Positions 58,101-64,000 of a stretch of DNA of 64,000 bases are shown here, piece by piece. The notes below the pieces were generated by a model, which was given only the letters and a program-made list of their open reading frames with translations, made no database searches and had not been told where the DNA came from. Each line of letters starts with the position of its first letter. Position 1 is the first letter of the stretch. Made by a program: the position numbers and the translations under genes. Source of the DNA: Patescibacteria group bacterium (lineage in GTDB: Bacteria; Patescibacteriota; Patescibacteriia; UBA2591; UBA6264); assembly GCA_028713575.1 (NCBI GenBank), contig JAQTOB010000004.1, positions 5,250-69,249 on the forward strand, written 5' to 3'.

Positions 58101-58928
58101 AAAGACACCGAAGAAATTTTGACCATCAGCGTTGATTTGGCGGATATCAATCAGGATATCGCCACCACTGGTCGCGACTTGAAGGTCGGCCTTGATTGTT
58201 CCGATGCTGACGACGATTGTGAAGCCATCGGCACCTCTTCAACCGTTTTGGGCGATGCTGACAGTGAGTTAAGCGATGTGGACGGCAACTCAATGTATTT
58301 GAGAAAGTCTCGTCCGACCGTTGCTGCTGCTTCTTTACCATCAAGTCAATTAATTAATGGAACCAGAGTCATTAACAAGTTCACTGTTACAGCTGATGCT
58401 GCGGGTGCCATCACCCTTAAGAAATTCAGTTGGGACGTTAATGTGAGCGACTACAATACTGACGGTTTATCTGTCACTAATTGGAGAGTTTATGACACTG
58501 GTAATTCAACCGCTTTGGCTGGTCATTGGTCAAACGCTACAACCACCAGCACTTCTGGCGCGATTGCCGTTACCAACGGAGCCAAGGTTATGATTGTTGA
58601 ACTTGATGACGAAATCGAAATTGCTGCCGGCACTAGCAAAACATTTGAGTTAAAAGCAGATGTTTCTAGCGCTGCCATTTACGATTCAGTCAGCTCAAGC
58701 TTACTCAACGATGATAACGACACAGCGGTTAGAACCGGCGGTTTAGCCGACCATGATACCCAAGGTGTCCAACTTGAAGGCAGTGTTGCCGTTGATTTCC
58801 TCTGGTCTGATAAGGCCCGGGGTGCCAACCACACTGATTCATACCAGACAACCTATGATGACTGGACCAATGGTTACTTGATTGACGTGTTGCCGACCGA
58901 AACTGTCTCATTGATCTATCCTAGCTAA
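55179..58928 (+). CDS. Large secreted surface protein with repeated Ig-like/invasin-like beta domains. Its N-terminal roughly 190-aa domain is homologous to the C-terminus of 47252-51994.
   Basis: Signal peptide MNKLKKLIALGTTVSMLLSLVVVMPARA. Repetitive T/S/A-rich beta-strand modules (LTVTAD...FEL.AD.S) are present. GC content is visibly higher than in the surrounding DNA. Confidence 0.55.
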   Translation: MNKLKKLIALGTTVSMLLSLVVVMPARAVTIADGDLVMTTSSSAVYYIQGAYKRVFPHYNVYLSWGYPSDFSTVKTVSTSELASYTDANPMPFRDGALFRGTAASLGDKDATAVFYVENAQLRPVLSEQVYQALFKDTDWAKVTWVPDDLLSKFNYEMGSNLSSSSTHPDGSLVKYSNSDQIYVIESGKKRAISATAFDANRYSVANVITIDSSETYANGSAVTGVESSLLTPGWLGTTVASGALTASLYNPPAGATIPNKATNVSLLKVKLTAGNTAATISGLTFKRSDLGATTDWDTLYVYEGNDCITPNGRSLSSDDHTVEFAVNISVPANGYKVLELRGDLKAGGATANNRHAFQITEVATSATVSGLPLTGNVMIVGSVNVTTAIISAGTLPINPSVGAQDAEIANFKIQAGDNDITFSQIVFTFAGTMSRGDITNLNLYLLGETESLASVSGIASNDTFTLTLDSPYVITKGQTKNFVLRADLTGEVGRTLEMYMEETYHLAVSDNEYNFGAAVTNSFGNADVTALTLQGGEITMADNGPLAGNVAQNQQDVVLTKIAITADRSIEVRKLFVTLASDVAGAANPTDGVSDLRIKDEDTGQTLMTPTSAVGTTISGNYLMTGTFNLTANTTRNLVITVDIGVDAGDALDGKYVSADLKMVDRSDDSVADNSSGEEAQMRDSSTGDWILTADIIPISVSGEHQTIQTPALTTAVASTPVSGLTSIKGASKVDGIGIVFTAGDASAVSLRQFSVRAYVNSAATFLATNEDTSPTGEVTTVYLYDDSGTLLASKTLSATSANHDYGAATFSGLTVTIPAGENKKLTVKFDVNSTLEAARYVAFGIDDASITAYDSEGSTVDVTGDLNFYASDLSVPTHYTYLDTGGALTMAQDPSTPDSDIVLAGATDVIMSKIKFTATKEDWTVSKLRVEMATSANESSVSKVKISYPGGSATGTLSGGFAKFTGLNWLIEKDTEEILTISVDLADINQDIATTGRDLKVGLDCSDADDDCEAIGTSSTVLGDADSELSDVDGNSMYLRKSRPTVAAASLPSSQLINGTRVINKFTVTADAAGAITLKKFSWDVNVSDYNTDGLSVTNWRVYDTGNSTALAGHWSNATTTSTSGAIAVTNGAKVMIVELDDEIEIAAGTSKTFELKADVSSAAIYDSVSSSLLNDDNDTAVRTGGLADHDTQGVQLEGSVAVDFLWSDKARGANHTDSYQTTYDDWTNGYLIDVLPTETVSLIYPS

Positions 58929-58930
58929 AT

Positions 58931-59293
58931 TCTTTGGAGACCAGGTCTCCAAAGATAGATATAACGTTTGACTGAAGCGCGTGTCCGCCTCTGGTGGACT
59001 AAAATCAGTCCATCTGGAATAATATAATAAAAATATTAGTTCCATCGCCAAAATCCCCTTAACAGGGGATTTTGGCTTTTAAAAGGGCGCAATACCTGCC
59101 TATCGGCAGGTTTTGGAGACCAGGTCTCCAAAAAAAGTCTCCAAAAAAATCTTGCGAGGTTTTTTAGTTTTAGAGACCAGTTTTTTGGAGACCTGGTCTC
59201 CAAAAAACCCTGCGAGGCCTTTTAGGGATTGTTTTTTTTAAATTAAAATATTATAATAATTGGAGACCTAATTTGGAGACCTGGTCTCCAAAT
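58931..59293. repeat. Cluster of at least 4 REP-like palindromes of the ttggagacc-N-ggtctccaa family (58931-58955, 59111-59133, 59181-59207, 59273-59293) plus half-site fragments, upstream of Y1 transposase paralog 2
   Basis: Perfect inverted repeats. Same family as 27667-27718. Confidence 0.85.
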
Positions 59294-60028
59294 TACTCCA
59301 AATTAAAAAATAGCCTTATGAGAAAAATTAAATTTGTTAATGATGAGTATTATCATATTTATAACCGTGGAGTAGATAAACGGATTATTTTTGAGGATAA
59401 AGATGATTTAAAAAGATTTTTCCAAAGTATGAAAGAGTTTAATGTTTTAGAGCCAATAGGTAGCATTTATGAAGCGGTTCGTTGTAAAACTTTTAGAGAA
59501 ACTTTTGGAGACCAAGTCTCCAAAAGTTTTACAAATAATGAAAGATTGGTTGATTTTATTTGTTACAATTTACTTCCCAATCATTATCATTTCATTTTAA
59601 AACAGTCAGTTGAAGATGGAATTAAGAAATTTATGCATAGACTCGGATTGGGTTACGCAATGTTTTTCAATCAAAAGTATAAGCGCAACGGTTCATTGTT
59701 CCAAGGACCGTTTAAGGCGATTCATATTGATTCCGAAGCTTATTTGCTTCACTTGAGCGCTTATATTAATTTGAATCATAGGGTTCATTCTAAATTTGAG
59801 GATTTTGGAGACCTTGAGGATTTTGGAGACCTGGTCTCCAAAAGATATAAATCAAGCTGGGAGGAATATTTGGGATTAAATCAAGAAAAATTTTGTCAAA
59901 AGGAAATTCTTTTAGACCAATTTGACACAATAAAAAGCTATAGAGAGTTTGCCGAAGAATCATTAAAAGGAATAAGAGAAAGAAAGGAAATAAAAAAGTT
60001 TCTTTTAGATGATCAAATAATTGGTTGA
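59273..60028 (+). CDS. Y1 HUH transposase paralog 2 (IS200/RAYT-like). It carries in-frame REP-palindrome insertions and a Phe at the position aligned with the catalytic Tyr of paralog 1.
   Basis: YHIYNRG is present and the HUH motif is LLPNHYHFIL. GPFKAI aligns with GKYKAV of paralog 1. REP copies are at 59501-59527 and 59821-59843 inside the ORF. The start may instead be the ATG at 59318. Confidence 0.55.
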   Translation: METWSPNYSKLKNSLMRKIKFVNDEYYHIYNRGVDKRIIFEDKDDLKRFFQSMKEFNVLEPIGSIYEAVRCKTFRETFGDQVSKSFTNNERLVDFICYNLLPNHYHFILKQSVEDGIKKFMHRLGLGYAMFFNQKYKRNGSLFQGPFKAIHIDSEAYLLHLSAYINLNHRVHSKFEDFGDLEDFGDLVSKRYKSSWEEYLGLNQEKFCQKEILLDQFDTIKSYREFAEESLKGIRERKEIKKFLLDDQIIG

Positions 60029-60064
60029 TTGACAAACGGTTAATTTTCTGATAAAATTTGGCAT

Positions 60065-61486
60065 ATGAAGATTAAAATTATTGCCATTTTTATTTTTGTA
60101 ATTTTGCTGTTTCCGGGCAAGTTATTTGCTTCTGCCGCGCCGATTGAAGAAAAATACTGGTGTGGCAATTTTGTTTCTTCTGGTTCTTGCGACCGTGAGC
60201 GAAGCAATGTTGACTGGGAAAATAAAACTATGGTTTTAAATAAAAGAGACGACAATACTTATTCATCTTCCAGTATTTGTTGGACCAATGAAATAAGGTT
60301 TGGAAAACATATTCACTCCATTACGAATTTAAGTGGCGTCTATTCTTCGCCCGGCGGGACAAGCGTTAAAGCTTTTTTTCGTTTTGGCGATGCGGAAGAA
60401 GAATATCTTTTAAACTGGGGAGGAATTTATGAACCCAAAGAGGCGTTTAAAAGTTTTCGCCTGAAAATATTTCTTGCTTCAAATAATTCTGCCGTTTCTC
60501 CCAATGTTTCTCAGATTTGTTTTAAAGTAAGATTGCAAGACCGCTCAATTGAAGGAATTAAAAGTCGGGACAGAACGAGGGTTTCTAATTTGGAAAAGAC
60601 TAAAAATGTTTTAAAAAAATATTATGAAGATTTTAATCAATATCCTGTTGTTGATATTCAGCCAACCGAGAAACAGCGTCAATGGGATTTATTAAAAAAT
60701 ACTTTATCTTCTGCTTCTTTTAATCATTACGAAAATTATACTCGTGGTTTTATTGATCAGCCCGAAAATGTTAGTGAGGATTATCAATATGGTTATTTAA
60801 CCAGTTCTCTTGGTCTGTATTATCTTCTTTGGACAAAATTGGAAGATATTAATTCCGAGCGTTTTGAAAATTCTTGGACCGGAGAAATTTTAAACGTGGA
60901 TTGTTCTCCGCCGATTTATTGCATTTATTCTCGGGCCGATGCCGACCCAGAGGTCTTGTTAAAAGAATTTAATAATAAACAAAAAAAGGAAAATATTGAG
61001 GATGCGGAATTTATTAGAACGCCGGACGATTCCAAGGTTTGGCTAAAGACAAAAAATCGCCGCGTTTGGCTAAGAACCCCGGAGATTTTTAATCAAGCTA
61101 ATGGGAACTGGGATAAAATAACAATAAAAAACACCCTGGCAGATGTTCCTTTATTAAAATTCATTAAATTTAAAGACAAAGAAGAGATATATTTAGTTAG
61201 CGAGAAAGGGTTTAAAAGGCACATGTCTAACAGTCAAATCCTTAATTTTTATGGGCAAATTTCAGAAATTGTTGTTTTTGATAATGAAAAAATTATTAAT
61301 CTTTTACCCGAAAACCGTTTAATCAAAGGCAAGGGACTGTCAGAAGTCTATTTTCTTGACCAAAAAATAAAAAGATGGATTACTTCTCCTGAGGTTTTCG
61401 CAAAAATGGGATTTGATTGGAATGAAGTAGTAGAAGTGGACCCCCGGGAATTAGATTATTATCCGGAAGCAACCCCGATGTTTTAG
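60065..61486 (+). CDS. Secreted hypothetical protein
   Basis: Signal peptide MKIKIIAIFIFVILLFPGKLFASAAP. 473-aa ORF. Confidence 0.4.
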   Translation: MKIKIIAIFIFVILLFPGKLFASAAPIEEKYWCGNFVSSGSCDRERSNVDWENKTMVLNKRDDNTYSSSSICWTNEIRFGKHIHSITNLSGVYSSPGGTSVKAFFRFGDAEEEYLLNWGGIYEPKEAFKSFRLKIFLASNNSAVSPNVSQICFKVRLQDRSIEGIKSRDRTRVSNLEKTKNVLKKYYEDFNQYPVVDIQPTEKQRQWDLLKNTLSSASFNHYENYTRGFIDQPENVSEDYQYGYLTSSLGLYYLLWTKLEDINSERFENSWTGEILNVDCSPPIYCIYSRADADPEVLLKEFNNKQKKENIEDAEFIRTPDDSKVWLKTKNRRVWLRTPEIFNQANGNWDKITIKNTLADVPLLKFIKFKDKEEIYLVSEKGFKRHMSNSQILNFYGQISEIVVFDNEKIINLLPENRLIKGKGLSEVYFLDQKIKRWITSPEVFAKMGFDWNEVVEVDPRELDYYPEATPMF

Positions 61487-62061
61487 TTAAAATATTTTAT
61501 TAGATGGAATTTTTTAATTTCAAAATAATAAAATAACTAATTAAGTTTAATAAAAAAATATGATTGAGGAAAAAACTTTTTTAAATCAACAAAATCAAAA
61601 ACAAGAAAAAAACAAAATCGGACAAAAGAAGAGGCCCAACAAGAATTAATTGAAAAGTTTGGATTAAGAAAAACCTCTGATTTTCAATTAGCCTTGCAAC
61701 AAGGTAAAATTGAATTGGCCGAAGCATGGCTGGATTACATTGTGGGGAATAAAGAAAATTTTCCTCAATATAAAGCTACCTGGGACAGTTGGTTGGAAGA
61801 TCGCCGAAGAGAATTATTAGATGCTAAAAATTTAAATAAGACATAAAAGGAAGCTATCCCTGTGGAAAACTTTTTTGACAAAAAAGAAATATAAACTATT
61901 ATGAATTAAAATAATAGAAAGTAGAAAAAAATAAATGGAGAGGCGTAGGAGTAAACAAAAATTTATTTTTTTAAAAAAGTTAATAAATTTTATCAGCTAA
62001 TTTTAAGTACCCTTAATTGGTATTTTTTTTGTTTATAAAAATATGTTAATTTACTGGATTC

Positions 62062-62100
<39 letters not shown>

Positions 62101-62179
62101 TTTTTCGGCGATTTTTTAATTTCTATAGATACTGTTTTTAGACAGTATTTTTATTATAATTAAAAATTCTAAAAAATTT

Positions 62180-63088
62180 ATGAAAAAAATATTAAAAATT
62201 TTATTAATAGTCTTTTTTTGTTTTGTCGTCGCTTATGGAATAAGAATTTTTTACGGTTTATGGATTTTGCGCCATGTTTCTTCAGGCGACCAGCTTAAAA
62301 TAGCGCGATCAGCCTATGAAAGTTGCCTTGCTCGAGGGGAAGAAAATTGCGAATCTTATTTAAACAGGGGAATAAAAATGTCTTTAGAAACTCAAAAGAA
62401 AGAATTGATGGATAGAATGTTGGATGAAAATAATTTAACAGAAGACAGATTATTGGCCTTGGATATGTTTTATAGATACTGCCGCAATGAGGATGAATTC
62501 TTGGGTTGGGAAGAGGCCGAACTTTATTTTTCCATTACTAATAATAAGGAAGAGTCAGGAGAATTGCGCAGCGAGGCGGCCAAATATCTATTACAGACAA
62601 AAACCAAAGACGAAACAGTTAGTAAATTGCAAAAAGAGGCCTTAGAAGGAACAGAAACGAGCATTGAGTATAAAAGAGCGGCCCTTCAGGGCGTGGCCGG
62701 CTTAGAAGATGACGAAGCGATAGACGCTTTAATAAAAGCGCTAAAAGACGAAACAGGAGAAATTAGTGTTAAAGCGCACAGCGCTTTAATTGCGATGGGA
62801 TTAAAAATAGAACAAAGAATTCCTCAATTTTTAGAAATTAGCATTGATGAAAGCGAATCCCTTTTAGCCAGAAATAATGCCCTTGATATAATTAGTTCTT
62901 TGGCCAAAAATTATGGAATAAAAAATCAAGAAGCGATTGAAAAATTAAAATCCTTAATAAAACACCCTCATTACGTTATTCGTTCTTCAGCCGCTGAAGC
63001 CCTTAAAGCAATGACCGGCAAAGAATATGAAATTGAACCAGGAACCCAAGAAGAAGAGGAGGAGCTTTTAGACGCTATTCTTTTTTAA
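62180..63088 (+). CDS. Membrane-anchored HEAT-repeat (PBS-lyase HEAT-like) protein
   Basis: N-terminal TM helix. Repeated ...A(A/L)..L..(I/L)GD..A(I/V)..L(I/L)..L.D... units (e.g. KRAALQGVAGLEDDEAIDALIKALKDETGEISVKAHSALIAMG). Confidence 0.45.
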   Translation: MKKILKILLIVFFCFVVAYGIRIFYGLWILRHVSSGDQLKIARSAYESCLARGEENCESYLNRGIKMSLETQKKELMDRMLDENNLTEDRLLALDMFYRYCRNEDEFLGWEEAELYFSITNNKEESGELRSEAAKYLLQTKTKDETVSKLQKEALEGTETSIEYKRAALQGVAGLEDDEAIDALIKALKDETGEISVKAHSALIAMGLKIEQRIPQFLEISIDESESLLARNNALDIISSLAKNYGIKNQEAIEKLKSLIKHPHYVIRSSAAEALKAMTGKEYEIEPGTQEEEEELLDAILF

Positions 63089-63123
63089 AATTAGAATAAA
63101 AAATATTTTTTTAATGTTATTGC

Positions 63124-64000
63124 TATGAAAATTTCAGGGAATAAAAATCAAATTTTTTTTATTTTTATATTTATACTGTTTTTTGTTTTATTTTTTCCTT
63201 CCACCATTAAAGCAATTCCCAGAGGGACAATTCTTTATAAAACCTCGGAGGACGGGAAAATGTATGGATATAATAATTTTGATTTTTCTTTAATCACGGG
63301 AAAATTTTATCCTGGAGGAGTCGCGATTTATATTGGAAGAGATAAAATAAAAAAAGAAGATATGATTGTTGAGGTGGATTATAATGGCGTAAGAAAAATT
63401 CCGGCTAAATATTTTGTTGATTTAGACAAAGGAGAAAAATTTATTGGAGCAAAAATACCAAACGGTTTTAAGGGAATAAGTGAAAAGATGGCGGAGAATA
63501 TTGTAAATCAATATGGCGAGAATTTTGACTTTACTTACCATAAGCAAAAAGGACCGCAAAGTGGGGATTGGACTTCGGCCGGATTTGTGGAAAAAATTTA
63601 TGAAAGCGCGGAATCGTCTCAATTAACTTATCACCAGGAACCCATCTGGAATTATACATATTATTCCGCTTTTAATATCACTCCGGACAGCTATGATAAT
63701 GAATCGGAAATTAATAATAATCATGACTGTTTCTCAGAGAAAATGGAATTTTCTAAAATTCATAAACTCGGTCAAGGGGGATTTTTTGAACGGTTTTTTA
63801 CTCAGGAGGCAAAAAGTTTGGTTAAGGCCATCCAGTCCTCGCTCTCTGAAGCCGCCGACGAGATTATTAATCTTAATGTTCTTGGTAAAAAATATGACGG
63901 GGAGAGATATTTTTTCTTCCCTTACACCCAATTTAAACAGCCGTCTTTGCAAGAAGTTGAAATTGATATTCCCGTTGCTTCTCATGGAAAAGCCCAAGCT
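63124..64000 (+). pseudogene. Secreted protein gene running off the window end, apparently split by a +1 frameshift in a T-run near 63418-63424
   Basis: Frame A (ATG 63124, MKISGNKNQIFFIFIFILFF... signal peptide) reads through to a stop at about 63471. A second frame is open from 63392 to the window end. Removing one T from gattttag joins them into ...VRKIPAKYFVDLDKGEKFIGAKIPNGF.... This was read by eye. The ORF track lists neither piece, so treat with caution. Confidence 0.25.

Overview
The window is low-GC (roughly 35%), gene-dense and repeat-rich bacterial DNA. Its gene content (GatCA, NAD-dependent LigA, Lgt, ComF, a type IV pilus operon pilM-N-O-B-T-C, QueH, giant LamG/NHL/Ig-like surface proteins) is consistent with a small-genome uncultivated lineage such as CPR/Patescibacteria; that placement is inference. 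There are three main blocks: a Wzm/Wzt-type glycan biosynthesis and export cluster (7.6-13.2 kb) bracketed by two paralogous membrane-anchored cupredoxin-like genes; a type IV pilus locus (31.4-39.2 kb) interrupted by a roughly 700-bp array of a MITE-like repeat; and two giant surface-protein genes flanking an ECF sigma factor that is embedded in tandem hairpin-repeat arrays. The most unusual locus is a tight minus-strand operon at 13986-18319. It encodes a reverse transcriptase whose motif C reads IGDD instead of YxDD, an ABC-exporter-like membrane protein that has lost all ATPase catalytic motifs, and a membrane-anchored PLD-family protein with two HKD-type motifs. It is preceded by a 345-bp structured leader, making it a candidate RT-based system of unknown type. 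Two Y1 HUH (IS200/RAYT-like) transposase paralogs sit next to families of REP-like palindromes (ttggagaccNggtctccaa; ttggNaggtgNNcacctNccaa). One of these families has invaded the coding sequence of its own transposase and remodelled the 3' end of gatA. Other unusual features are a Hint/intein-like domain inside a cysteine-rich repeat protein, a T9SS-type C-terminal sorting domain, a catalytically degenerate PilT paralog and HtrA-like protease, and several frameshifted ORFs. All calls are made by eye from the sequence and the ORF track, and no database searches were run.
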